This document shows, in pieces, positions 35,213-48,751 of a stretch of DNA of 64,000 nucleotides. Where the stretch lies: the NCBI GenBank assembly GCA_964187785.1, contig OZ076414.1, positions 47,864,001-47,928,000 on the forward strand. Direction: 5' to 3'. This DNA is from Amphiscolops sp. MND2022. Lineage: Eukaryota. The notes under the pieces were generated by a model. That model saw only the letters and a list, made by a program, of their open reading frames with translations, had not been told where the DNA came from and did not search any database. Positions within the stretch are counted from its first letter, which is position 1. Each line of letters opens with the position of its first letter. The position numbers were made by a program, and so were the translations under genes.

Positions 35213-37047
35213 AACTCATGCAAATAGTAAATCATTACCAAATAGTAAGATATCCAACACCTACACCAGTCCACAACAATGCAGTTAATAACATCGGTTT
35301 TTCTTTTCGCTGACATTTCGTAGGCTTCGCCTCGTGTCAGTACGAGATTAAAAGCACATACAAAAATTAAATGGGAGTGTTCTACACTCTCCCCGAAAAA
35401 AAGAGTCTCGAAACACATACATGTAAATTGAATCAAGTAACCTAGCCACGAAAAACACCGATACTGAATTATACCACAAGTGACGACTGATACTCACTGT
35501 CATCATTTTTCAAAATTACCGGACGAAGCATAGCTCCGCCGCTAACCGGCTAACGAACGACAGACGAGACATCCGTAACGCAGTTACACACACCGCGTCA
35601 CTACATGTTACTTACCGTTTCACTCTATTCTGCCAGCGGAATGAACGAAAAGAAACATCTAACGATGCCACGCACACCACGTCAATCCTACCATAAATAA
35701 AAAATACATGTATTTAACTGAATGTAGTCTACATCACCACATGTAACAACCATGCCATCGAATTATTCCATTTACTTTACACCATTCAGTGACGACTGAT
35801 ACTCACTGTCCTGCAGACCCGAGTTTTACCGGCAGAGTAAATTGTTACTCACTACCGAGACAGCTGAGCGCGAAAGTAAATACATGTAATGCCATCATAT
35901 GCACCACATCAACCTAACCGGAAATTACTAAGTACATGTAAAACACGTGCAAGCGAGCGACTAAATTATGCAATTCACGAAATTCTCCAACCACACGCCT
36001 TCAAAGGAATTGCTTTGCAATTCCGTATCCACCGACTCTGAATCAACTAAATTACGTCACTTTTGCAAACATAACAGCCCACAAGCGAGAATGTAAAAGA
36101 ATTAGCCGATTCGTTTAAGTTACGTCACCAGAACCTAGTTTCACACTTCCGCCCCGAATAACCATGATGTGGTTCGGCTGTGTGGGTGCGTCATCAAAAG
36201 CGCGTCTGTGTGGTTGGTCAAACATTCAGATGAAGCTTGCTCTTTAGCAAGTGGATTCGGTGTTAGTTTTGTTTGGGTTGTTGCGACGGCAAACAACCTT
36301 CCCAATGAACTGAAAGCAAAAAAAAAGAAGAAAAACTCCTCCTTAAGGACAGTTACATGCAGTCGTCACGTTTACCCGACAATTAGGTCGTGACGCCTTG
36401 GTTCTTACTGGTGATTCATAGGCTTCGCCTCGCGTCAGAAAGAACAAGGTCTAGACACATCAACCACCAATAGAAATGGGGTAATCCATTTCCCATTGCT
36501 GGACAATTCAAAAGACACACATCAGCGAAGATGAGGTCTCACCACAAATACCTAACCACAACTACACGTAATCTAAAATCCATGAAAAAACCAGGATCCT
36601 TAGTCGCCAAGCAACATAAATCATAAACCGTTATATAATTGCTTCCCAACACCCCAACTTTTCAAATGCAGCTAAACGAATTACATGCAACTGGTAGCAA
36701 AAAGTATTCTAACGTACCCAATATGTAAATTGCTCTACAGTCTCGCTACAAAGGATAAAACACTCCAAGTAAGGCACATTTATCAACGCCAAACACTACA
36801 TACAACAATCAAACAAAAAATCATTACCAAATAATGCGATCAAACAAAGTGCTATACACAGTCCAAAAGAAATTGTATAAAACAAAACAGCAAGCAAAAT
36901 GTTTTCAAAATCAATACTCATCAGACACACCATCTGAGGACCCGATAGTAGTTCTTTGAGCTCTCCTTTTCGACGTTGCACTTTTTCCTTTACCACCAGA
37001 CTGCTTTGAGCCGTGAGACACTGAGCCGCTAGAGCAAGTAGACAAAA

Positions 37048-40000
37048 CTAAAGTTTTGGCACCCCGCGGCTTCCCCCAGTCCTTCGTCCAACACCACTTT
37101 GAGTTGAAGAGCCTTGACCTCGTGAAAAACTCTTTTGAGCACCAGAACGACGCACAGGTGCGGTCACCATTTCCTCACTAGTTCCAACGACATTTTGACG
37201 AGGCTGTAATTTCACTGCGGACTGCGTACGGGCCATTTTGCTCTTAGACGTCTTAGCAGAACGTTTTCCCCTTGAACTTGAAGGGACGCGCACAGGACCC
37301 GGGGACTCATCATCTAGCGTGCTGAGTTGCGCTAACACGTTCGAACGGTAATCATCTACCACAGGAATAATCGTCGGAAATTGATCGTCGATCAAAACAG
37401 ATTCACATCTAGCTAATGTCTTATCCAAGACAACCTTGAGCAATTGATCCCAAGGCTTCGATCGGACTCCGTCCGACAAACGCGATTCCAGCATGTCACT
37501 TGACCCGGTAACACGCAGCAAACCTTGGAGATTTCGTCGCAACCGTCCTGCAAAAGAATGACGGAACCAGCTCCTCACGAATTGTAAGCTAGACAACAAA
37601 GTGTCCGAATTTAGAGCTGTTTGTGAGTCGTCCACAAAATCGGCGACATAAGGACTCACCACCACAATTCCAAACACTAGATCCACCACGCGCCGTAAAT
37701 GCTGGTTGCGCTCCCAATGTGGGTATGACATCCACATAAATATCACGTCTTCGACAACGGGCATCCCTTCCTGCAAGGCCGACCAATGCCTCTTAAAATA
37801 CTGTGTTACTCTAAATACTCCTGCTGTACCGCCCCTCCGTGGTCCATGTCGAGCAAGCCACGCGCGGTCAACACGGCACAGATTTCCACAAGAGCATCGG
37901 TACGACGATCGTCGGATCCACTGTGAATAAGATCAGGATCAAAAGGAGTGAGACTGAAGCACATAACCCACACACGTTGCCACATACTAGCCAATCCGTT
38001 CCACAACCCAACTAACAACGTTTGCACAGACTTGTAGAAATAAGGGAGTTGGGTACTAATATCAAAGCGAAAATACTGTCCGAAATGTAAACGGTAAAGG
38101 TTCGGATCCACCTCAGCACACTGAAGCTCCACGGGTTTTAGCAAAGCAGTCACGTCGTAAGCAGCCGGAATAGCAGAAGAAGGGTACACAAACTGCATCA
38201 ATCCGCGAATGAATTAAGCAAGTTCCTGTTCTACGACTACGCAACGGTCGCGTCCACGCCCACAAGTCTGGGTACAGCACTTCACCACTGAAATAAAACG
38301 GCATGAATCATCATTACAAAGAAAAAAAACAATCCAACTAGCCAAAAGGATGTCAAACACTGGTTACAAAACAACACGCTCTAACTTCGAAAAAAAAACG
38401 AAGTACGACTTAGTGCAATAAGTAGTGTCTGTACTAACTCAAGTCCAACACCACGCAGAGAAAAGCAGACCGTGTCGAACCATGGCATCGTCAAAGACCT
38501 GCTTCTCCAAGGAAGTAATGACCAGCAATTCTGACGTCACATTCGGTCGGTGCGTCCCGAAACACAAAGCCAAGTCGTTCCAACACTCAACTACGTCAGT
38601 GCACACTTTGGCCAACTGGACGACGTCACTTCCTCCACAGCGTATATACTGCAAAATAAACCATAATACTAGAACACCTCTCAATGAACAACACCCATCC
38701 CCGAAAGATACATTTAACAAGGATATAGAATACAATCCGAAAAGAAAAAACACAAAAAAGAGGGAGTGAGATACAAACAAAATTTTTGGATTTCACACAG
38801 CGAATACTTACCTCTCGTAAATTCGGCAATCGGTCTAGGAAACGTTCTTGAACAACAGGCATCAGGCGAATGCGGAAGTACTCCAGCACACTGAGCGGAT
38901 CCAGACCAGCAAATTCGCTTAGAAACTGTTTGCGAATCTCTTCAAACATAGTGGTCTGCGTTACTATTCCGGTCACTAAGGGAGAAATGGGAACAACTGA
39001 TGCTGCCAATGCCTTGCCAACCAAAGTATCTCCCTCCACGGTCACAGTGCACAATTGCTCTCTACCTTTCAAACACGCCAGAATCGGGACGACATTGTTG
39101 AGTAACTGCTTTTCCCACGCTGCACTGTCAGCGATCAAACCCACAACAACTGATACCACGCTATGTTCATTGACGATGTGGCATTCACTACGCCACCGAG
39201 GCCCACAGCGATACACATTGATGCCGACACATGAACTGGTCTCCATGAGCGAGTCCAACTGTTCCACTACGTAGGGGTACAGCCCATACAACACCAAACT
39301 CTGTAAAACACAGACGTACCCAATAGCACCAGACGTGAACGTCATGAATCAGTAACAAAAAAAAGCGAAACACAAAAAACCAAAAACCTACCTATTAGCG
39401 TCTAATACACGGTATCTCGAAACAAAAATCCAGATATCTAACAAAATACTGTCCGAAACTACCACACTAAACTGAATACATACCTGACACTGTGGGTAAG
39501 TCAGAGTCCTACACTCGAAACGCAACTCAGTAGCCATACAGTCACGCCAAAAGTCCACTAGTCGCAAAACAGCATCGAAAGAAACTACATTAACAAAACT
39601 ATTGACGAAGTTGCGCAACCACAGATAGTTTACACTCCCAGCAGCTAACTGAGGACGTTGTCCCTCCGCTTCCTGAGCTTCTTCTATGGCGATTCTCTCG
39701 TCCACGGTCAAACTTAGTTCCGACTCTAGATACACAGGCGGTTCGGACATGCGCTCTCGCCTTATACGTCGATCCTCTTCTGCACTGCCTGCACGGCACG
39801 ACCTGTCCAGCAACGATTTCTGGGTCATTATCCGATACTTCTGTTCGAGCCTCGTGTGTTCGACCCCCTTCCAATAATCCCACAATGAGGAGAGACCACG
39901 TCCAGCGATGCTAAGATCTACCCGGCACAGGAGGCATCTAGCGTACCCATCCACCACACGTTTGTGCCGCGGGAATCCCACAAACGTCCCGACTACTCCC

Positions 40001-41300
40001 GACACGAAATACGATGGTTTCAGTGTCTTAATTTTCCGTGCACGAACTAAAACACAACCACAAAACTCACAAATAAAAACTATTCTCAGTTGTTGCCTAG
40101 AGCTCTCAGTAAACTAGCGTAGTCTTGGCAATCCTGTAAACTATAACCCCTTACCTGACATTACGGGTTCTTACCAGGTCTAGCAGCAGACGCAGGCTGT
40201 ACACTGGACGGGACACCAGACTGGACATCTCCAAAGATGGATGGCATCAACGATCCCTGACGACTTGTAACGGACATATCTGGCTGACTTGACCCAAGAA
40301 GAGACGGAGTTGGACCAGCAGATGTCGGCAACACAGGCACATCATCCACAACAGTAGAAGACTGCCGGGGCACTGTACCGACCAGATCGCACATTGCTGC
40401 CTTGAGACGCACAACAAAGTCATCTATAGCAATTGCTCCGACAGTACCAAGACGACCCACCGTTGACTCTACAGTGGCTTTCACCACTTGACCGAGCTCT
40501 TTCTCCAGTTGAACCATCGCTGTTGTGAGGTCACTCAAGGACACAGACCCACCACGCGGAACATCTGAAACAAACCAACCCATCTAACGCGACTACATCA
40601 AAATAGAATCGTCTTCCAAAGCCCTAACCGAGTCTAAAAGCCGCACCCCACACGACGCCACATGTGGTAACAACGGAACATTACCACAACCAGCAAGTAA
40701 TTTGTAGTCAATGATTACTTACCCTCCCGAGATGCGAGATAAGCCCTCAAATCGGCTTCAAATGTCCCAGCGGCGGACGAACCTGATAACGGCTCTTCCG
40801 GGTGTAGTATACAACGCAACACGCCAACGATGTCAACCAAGTTCAGCTCTTCTATAACAAAAGAATACTAGTCTGAATCGCAATATGAAAGAAGTGAGCA
40901 TGCTGGCAAACCGCCCACCCAAGGCAATAGTTCCCGGGAAGTCCTTACCCTAACGACATCGATCTGCCTACCAACTAGCGCAGTAGCCATGTTACACTCA
41001 ATTGCCTTGACGAGTCCTACACACTACTAAATACAATACGAGAAAGTTACAAAAGTGAAGTCACTCACGAAATTCGCGAGACAGCGCGATCTCCAACAGG
41101 GATGTAGCAGATTCTATGTTGGCAGCATTTAAACGTTGCGCGAACTGACAACATACTGACTCTGATACTTCTACTAACATCTCCTCAGCTGCCGCCAGTA
41201 AACCCTGCTCTCCAGATGAATGGCTCAAATTTGCGAACTCGACTAACGCACCTTCAGCAGCCAAGACAACAGTAGATACATCTTCTTCAGTCGACCCCAT
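37048..41300 (-). pseudogene. Antisense 7-exon BED-finger / dead hAT-transposase-like gene, copy A
   Basis: Exons (minus) 41300-41069, 40851-40723, 40564-40175, 40046-39484, 39300-38812, 38648-38439, 38287-37048, all GT-AG, phases 1,1,1,0,0,1. Finger CLLC..(H>Y)WKGVEH. Lesions: 1-nt deletion in exon 6; TAA and a 1-nt deletion in exon 7. Confidence 0.85.
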
Positions 41301-42292
41301 GACGAATACAACACCCACGACAATAATAAACAGCACAATACAGTAAATGCAAGAATTTCAATCTGCGGCAACACAAAAAGCGATCTACCAGGCCTCATCA
41401 TTTTCACCGATATATGACGTGACTTGATCAACCACGTTATTTGATCCCGAAAAAAATATTATTATCAAAAGGACTCGAACAGAGAAACCCGAAGTTACTA
41501 TTTACGACACCACCACGCTCAAAGAACAACACAGTTCGATTCGAAAAAGATCGCAATTGTACCGTCCAATGCCTTGGATTTCCTGCAAAAAGAACAGATG
41601 CTGCTTTAAATGAGTACTCAATCAAAATCTTGGTTAACTACGACCAGATGACAAAGCACCCAGTTGAGCTGAACACCCTAATGCTAGACATTTAGTTGGA
41701 ATTCTGTTGAATTGATTAATTCCAATGCTTCCACCTGGTAGACCGCAATATACAGACTTGCTACCAATTAACGTTAACGCTAAACAATCAACTGAACTGA
41801 CAGTAATTTCCACCTCGTATTTTGCAGCGACGAAGAAAGAGTTTGTTTAGTACACGAAGCCGCAATCACTCACGAACTAACACACTGATCAACTGAATGA
41901 TTGGATACGCGGTCACGTTACATTCATTTCCGATTACTTTACTTCCGAATACTCTTCTTCCAGCAACTCAATGCGCACGAACGGATGACGTGGCTATCAT
42001 CACCACACCAGCCTGCTATTTACTTTCAATCGAAGCGGATATCCGAGTACACGAACACAATCCTTTCTTCTCGCTCGCCACTACAGAACGGTGCAGTACT
42101 ATCGTTTGGAGCAATATACGCAACAAACAATGCAAACGCATTTGACGTCACTACATCAGCCGAACAGCTTTCGCTGCACTGTTAGACAGCTAACACTTAC
42201 AGCATACACGATGCTGCTACATTTACCACACCTCTCCGCTACCAGCCTTGCAAATACCCCTGCACTTCACTCTTTCTTTTAAGGAGGGGGAG

Positions 42293-43222
42293 TGTCATGC
42301 CGGAAGCATGAATGAAACTAATAAAAAACATTCTAAACATTAAAAACTCAGTTAAATACAATACTCTTGATATTTCAATAATCATGAATTACCACTGAAC
42401 ATTGACGGGCCTATCCTATCAACATTACTCTCCAAAATGAAATCGATTTGTAAAAGTTAGCGTCATTTACTCATTACACACTGCGTGCAAGTGCTTCCAT
42501 CATATTTAACTTCATCAGTAATCTGAGGTAATATATGTAACGATGGTATGACACCATCATCATAGATTCAATTTGTATCAACCAACGCAATACTAAAGTG
42601 ATAGATGATTCATGTAACCATGGTAACATATCGGCGCTATCTTTTGTACCAAACGCCATTTACATTGCTACCAGCAGGACGCACCAATTAACACCTAATC
42701 AATAGCGCAATACCATTGGTCAATGCAGTCACGTGACCAGCTTCAGTGAAAATTGCGACAAGTGTTGAAATACGTTCAGTACAATTTGCCATAAGCTAAC
42801 GTAGTGTTACTTACCTCACCAACTTACATAAAATTTGATATTTACATTTTCAACTTGATCAATAAACTTTTAAACAACAATTCCTTCCGAAGATTCCAAC
42901 ATGGTTAATACCAGATCTCAAAACGTAGATAGTTACGCACCATGTTCCAGTGGAATAGAACAAAACAGTGACAACGAGAGCGAGTATAGTTTCCCTAACA
43001 CGTTATCACGAAATCAGATGAACGAATTCGAGAATGGAGATAGAATCAACGGTAGACACAATTCCAACTTAAGTTCAGTCGACCAACGTTTCATGGAGAT
43101 GAACAGACAAATCAGTGATTTAACAAGTATTGTGTTGGCCCTTACCGAAAAAATTTGTTCATCGACAACTGAATGTAGCGGACTTAACACCGTTACTAAT
43201 ACGAACGTGACTCGTTCTGACA
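42293..43222 (+). repeat. Gypsy A 3' LTR (930 bp), includes gag N-terminal ORF from 42901
   Basis: Preceded by the PPT, followed by TSD GATAT. Confidence 0.97.
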
Positions 43223-43533
43223 GATATGAACAAAATATTGCGCTATATCCGATTTATTTGACGTTATATCCGAAGTAAATTGCATTGAATGTACTGTAAG
43301 AGGATGTCAGAACGCTATGCGGTATCATGCATTAAGGAGGATCAACATACAGAGTTGTTGTTACGTCGTATTAATCAAGTACGTTTCCTTTTGGCAGAGA
43401 AGACATTTGTTTTAGATTATATGTGTAGCTGTCGATAGAAACCATAATTAATCGTTCTACTCAATTATAGTTCATTAGGAATTCTAAGGCATCCTCTTTA
43501 TATAATAAGACGTAATTCGGAACATAACCAGAA

Positions 43534-43942
43534 TTATAGGACATGTCTTGAAATAAGGAACAAGTCGAGAACGTCTAAAGCCGGCGTTTCGTTTATGGCT
43601 GAAAAGACTGGGCCATGTGGCGGGACTTTTTTTTGCAAAAATTTGTAAAAGTGGTTTTTCCTTGTGAGCTCTGTAGTCTGGAAAAAAACTAGTCACCGTA
43701 AAAGTCGGGCACATTTTCTTATGAATTGCGCCGACTAAAAACACCGTATATTAGAAGTGTTCACAGCTCACCGTGAATAAATACTGCATTTGATCACCGT
43801 CAGGTTTCTGAAAATAAGTCAGAGGTTCAAATACATCGAACTGTTTGTCTTCAATCTTCTCAATCTCGGGTTTGACCTTGTCCAAATATGGTAAAACAGC
43901 TGATGTCACTTCTTTAGGACCCTGCCACTCATCTGCAAATGT
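43534..43942 (-). CDS. Stefin/cystatin-like host gene, last two exons (43942-43772, 43677-43534); 5' exon unresolved
   Basis: Spliced (94-nt GT-AG phase-0 intron): TFADEWQGPKEVTSAVLPYLDKVKPEIEKIEDKQFDVFEPLTYFQKPDGDQMQYLFT|TTELTRKNHFYKFLQKKVPPHGPVFSAINETPALDVLDLFLISRHVL*. DKVKP..E and the intron position resemble stefin A/B. Confidence 0.55.
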
Positions 43943-44155
43943 CTGGGATTGAAGAAAAAATTTTAAAAAATGATTGTAAGATTTTGTAAGAATCTTGAAA
44001 ACAGACAGGCATCCACAAACAAAGAAAAATCAGTAACTTCAGTTTCAATTAATTAGTCAGATAAAGATTCTTTCTTCAAGCCATGAATAATATGAAATTT
44101 CTGAAAAAAATCAAATCATTTTTTAAAATTAAATGGGTACCAACATTTCATCGAG

Positions 44156-44500
44156 AACAAGACGCCCGCTAAGCACCGGGATATTTTCCTCCCTTTTGGC
44201 CTTCACCAACTAAGCCTTAGTTATTTTGGGAAAGAAATAGGATCTAAAAAATAAGATCTAAAATTAAAGGATTTTAGATCTTATCCCTTTTAGATCTTAT
44301 TCCCGTCCTGAAGTTTTAGATCTTATTCCTTTTAGATCTTATTCCCATTTTTACTTCAGATATTATTCCCTCCTCTCAGTAGGGAGGCTGAGTAAGTGGA
44401 GTTAGTATAAGGTGGAGTTTTGGCAAAATTTGGAAAAAAAAAACGCAACATAGATCATGATTTTCCTCCCCCATTAAAAATGTGGGTCGGAAAATAAAAA
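44156..44500 (-). mobile_element. HINE-like element, copy 3
   Basis: On the minus strand, TATTTTCCG at the 5' end and GGAAAATATCCCGGTGCTTAGCGGGCGTCTTGTT at the 3' end; internal TTTTAGATCTTATT(C)CC tandem repeat. Confidence 0.55.
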
Positions 44501-47500
44501 GATTTTTTTTTCCAAAAATGCATAAGAACTTTTTTCTTTCTTACAATAACAGAAGTCAGATGTTTTTTCTTTTTTCAAGTGTTTTTCAACCCAGATGGCA
44601 TTGTAAACTCAAAAACTGAGTAACAAGCAAAGTCAAAATGTATGAACCATTTCTGATCAATTGGGGTCTGGTCATTTTCACTGCGACTTGGGTTCACTTC
44701 GATATAACATCTAGTTTTAAGGGAACATCGACCTAATGAATTTCAAATAGGAATATAACACTTTAGTTATTCAGGAAATTAAATCGATTGAAACATTAGA
44801 GCTCAAATTAGAAACTAATTTCCTCAGTTATTGACCAATTGATATAGCTTAGTAGCTCGTTGTTGGAAAGTAGGCTTTTTGTTGGAAAACGTAGCATTCA
44901 TATAATGAGAGAACTTCAACTGCGTTTTTAATGAACAAAAACTGAAAAAATCGGGAAATCAATATAATGGTAGCAAACACCTGATTGTCTTCTTTCGAAC
45001 GCGCTATTAATCGTTTGTCGGACTTGAATAGTTTAGGAGATATTGCGGTTTAATGTTTGAACACCAGATTTTTCAATGCATCCGGAAATGTCCTGGTCCA
45101 GGTAGATGTACTAGATCTTTGTGTCCTTGAGAATTTTATAAAATTATGAAAAATTAGCCTGGTAACCTACAAAAACTTGTACACAGTTCAAGCAGATATA
45201 AACAAGGCATGGAAAATAATTATTGCAATATATTGGCTCCCTAGAAATGAATAATTGCTAACTCGCGAAGTAAAAATAAATAACCGAATAACTGCAATTA
45301 TTGCTAAAATAACAATTGTAGAAAAAAATTATTTTTGCAAACGCCAGTGTTGTACAATTTAACTCAATGGTTTAACTGAGTTTATAAACTCATGCCTTGA
45401 ATTAAAAGTTAACGTATTTCATTTTGCGAGTTAGACTTTTTGGAGAGTTAAAAGGCATATTTATGGACCGGCTGCTAGTGCGAAAAGCGTTCATGTGTAA
45501 ACAATGATCGAACTCAAATTAACCTTGGTACATGTAATAATTGAGGCGAGGCATAAATTAACCTTAAAAAGGTGGAAATTTTTGTTCAAGTTTACTTCAC
45601 CTCGACCTAGCTCCGCAAAAAGTGTCCCCTAGTGACCTGTTTGATATTACGACAATAATTTTGATACCAGACAATCGACAATTGCATAAAGTTAACAGGA
45701 TTATGCTTTTGGAATCTTTAGTTTCATTCAATTGCGAGTTTTTACGAAGGCCTTTTGTGATACGATCTTAACATAGAATTTGAATTCTTGTTATATATTT
45801 CATTTTCAACATGAATTCTCGTGGAATTAATTGGTGTTCTTTAGTTTAACTCGCGAAGAGACCAGAATTCAACTACATAGGCGATATTTACACTAATAAT
45901 TAAAATTCAGGCACTGAGTTCAACTGTCAAAAAGGTAAAATAAGTTTAAGTGTACAACGCTAGCAAACGCTACAAGTTTTCCCGGAAACCCGTATTTAGG
46001 CGTCTCTTTTGCCTCATTTAATCTATATTGTCTAGAATGGTGCTTTCACGTGAATCTCTTAGGGACCCACGACCTAATATTTTCCAATGATCTGAACGCT
46101 GCAGACTGAATTAATTCGGGATGTGATCACTAGTATCCCGTGAAATTCTCCGTTTTTACTGTTTCTTCATAAATTTATCCGTTTTATTTGATCGTTCTTG
46201 CCACTAACCAGCACTGGGTCATTTGTAACCAAAAGCTCATTTCAAAAGCCAGTAACCAAAAGCTCATTTCACTCAACAACTACTATTTCTACTGGTTTTC
46301 ATAATCAAAATACTTCAACCGGCTGAAACAAATTTGCATGCAAGAATGTGCAAAAAATTACAATAACGTATTCTGGCTTCCGAAATACTGATGAAAATCC
46401 TAATAACTCCTCACCTGTTTAAGACTGAGAAATGCGAATGTACCAAATGAAAGCTCATTTCAAGGGATTTTGAAAACTTGTAACTTATCACTCCTGTCGG
46501 TTCCAGAGACGGAGAAAAATGCTCTCAAACGTCCGGAGCCTTTATCGAAGGCAACACAGGGAACACTTAGGAGTCCGGAAATTTTCGTTAATTCATATCT
46601 CCAGTTTTTTTGAGCCTGTTTCAGCAGCCCTATTACTGCTGAAAACGGCGTTCATTGTCCCGGTTTGGGTAATGATTCAGCTCAAGGCTTTCCTGACGCC
46701 GTTGTTGGCGATGGTTTTGCAATTGATAGAACAATTTTTATCAATGCATCCCTAAATAGGATTCTTAGATTTCTTCGTGAGATTTCATCTTGGATATCTT
46801 GACAAGATCTTGGATTTCTTCGAAGATCTTGCCAGAATTTGTAAGATCTTGGCAAGATCTTGGCAAGATATTCAAGATGTCGAACGCTGGACAGGCTTCC
46901 AGTAGTTTCCATCAACTTCTACGAAAGTTGGCGTGTTTCAAAAGTTTTCTTTTAGGTGGATTCTACCCTGATTATTCACTGGATTATACCCTGAATGTTG
47001 AGACTAAACTGAGGAAAATGCTTCAAAAGGGCTGAAAAGCAATGCTCTACTCTCAGACGACCTGGGGAGGAAATCGAGGCCGTTTGCTCCTATGGTGATA
47101 AGACTTGTTTGTTGAAAAATAAGAAAAGAAATACCAACTTGATAACAAAACTTTTCATGGTTACATTAACATGAATAAACGTCTTTTCAAAGTAACAGAA
47201 CTGATCATTCACCAAAATCAAATTGATAGACCGTTACCTCCCTTAGTTCATTGAAAGTTTGCGTTTTCATTTCTCGTTTTCCTGAAAACAAAAAAAAGTT
47301 TTAACTTCCCGAAAAATATTCTACCTGTCAAATGTTGCTTGCTTGACTAGTGCCATGATTTAACCAGCCCCCCAACTTTTCAATTTCTCTCTTGCCGACT
47401 AATATATTTCAGACCAATAGCTTCAAAGCGAAAAACATGCATACAGTTCGGATGAAACGCATTCAGTTATCCCGTTTTTGCGGTGAGAATTTTGACAAAT

Positions 47501-47628
47501 AAAGCTCAAGTGTAAATGCGTTTTATACTAAGTTGGGTGCAAGATTGGAAGGTTATATGAATACCCCACGTGAACGCAAAATGAGCATCAGTGCTCTTCA
47601 AGTTTGCACCCAATTGACCAATCACATC

Positions 47629-48751
47629 TGTCATGTCCGCCAAGCATGAAGGAATTAAACGAACTCTAAAATATTAATTCATACATCAAACTCCCTAAAA
47701 TACAGATCATCATGAAAATACATTGCAGTAATTTATTCCTCGAACAATACAGTTGAAAATATAACAACTGGAACTAACAGTCGTCAATGCTAGATTCATT
47801 CATGTTATTGTGCATCGTTGGAAACCAAGACTGAAATATTCAGTCATCATAAATGATTCTCACATATAAGACTGGAACAATCAGTCATCAGCTATCGTGA
47901 TAGTTCATCATTTAATCTTTCTTCATCCATTTTTTATATTACATGTAAAGTATTACCAGAATACTCGATCATTCATAACAACAACATTTCATTCATTTAT
48001 ATCAGCAATTTGTACAATGCCTTGTAGTAATTAACCTCCAAACGATAATTGAATCAGTCACCATGATGATAAGGATACATGGTAGTAAAGCCTCAGTTTA
48101 AGAGGTAATTGAGACAATTGCGTGCTAAAATGACTGGTGCTTGCGGTCATACTAGATCAAACATGAATAATTAAACGCCGATTATCACCCGTCACGACTG
48201 TAACCACCAGTCGTCAAGTGCAATTAAATAGCAATTAGTAAATCGAATGTCATTGGCTAAAAGGAAAGGTGCTAACACACTTTTATAGTTACACAATCGG
48301 GTAAAACCGAAGTCACTCACGAGTTGTAACTTATGATAGAACAAGTTGCTTACTACCCTGCTTACAAGTTATCAATCTTTATCATAACATTAACACATTT
48401 CAATTCAACTTAAAACTTCCAGACTTTTCATGGTAACTACTAGATCTCAAAGTAGCCAAAATAGACAAGTAGAAACTGAAAATATGGACAGATCAAGCGA
48501 TAATGAAAGTGAATCCAGTTTCCCTGAACTCTTATCCAGAGACCAAATCGTAGACCTTGACTCTGACGACGTATTAACTAGACGTCAAAAGAGTAATAAT
48601 TATAGCATTGATCAACGATTTAATGAGATAAATAGACAAATCGGAGACCTTACCAGCATAGTCCTTACATTAACCAATCAGTTTGCCTCCGTTAATGGAG
48701 AAGGGAACAGACTGAACTCAGCAACTACAAGTGCTGACAGTCGTTCCGACA
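47629..48751 (+). repeat. Gypsy B 5' LTR
   Basis: TGTCA..CGACA, 1123 bp. Confidence 0.97.

Larger units (their letters stand above)
18752..43222 (+). mobile_element. Ty3/Gypsy LTR retrotransposon A (~15.2 kb net of the nested Bel/Pao)
   Basis: LTRs TGTCA..TGACA (18752-18993 + 28261-28951; 42293-43222); TSD GATAT (18747-18751, 43223-43227); PBS; PPT AAGGAGGGGGAG 42281-42292; domain order gag-PR-RT-RH-IN. Confidence 0.97.

Noticed and set aside
35213-42280. env gene in the third-ORF position
   Set aside because: No sense-strand ORF with a signal peptide, furin site or TM segment; the region codes on the antisense strand with introns.
46480-47040. Possible coding fragment and AAGATCTTGGC repeats
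   Set aside because: No recognisable domain, TIR or TSD could be established.
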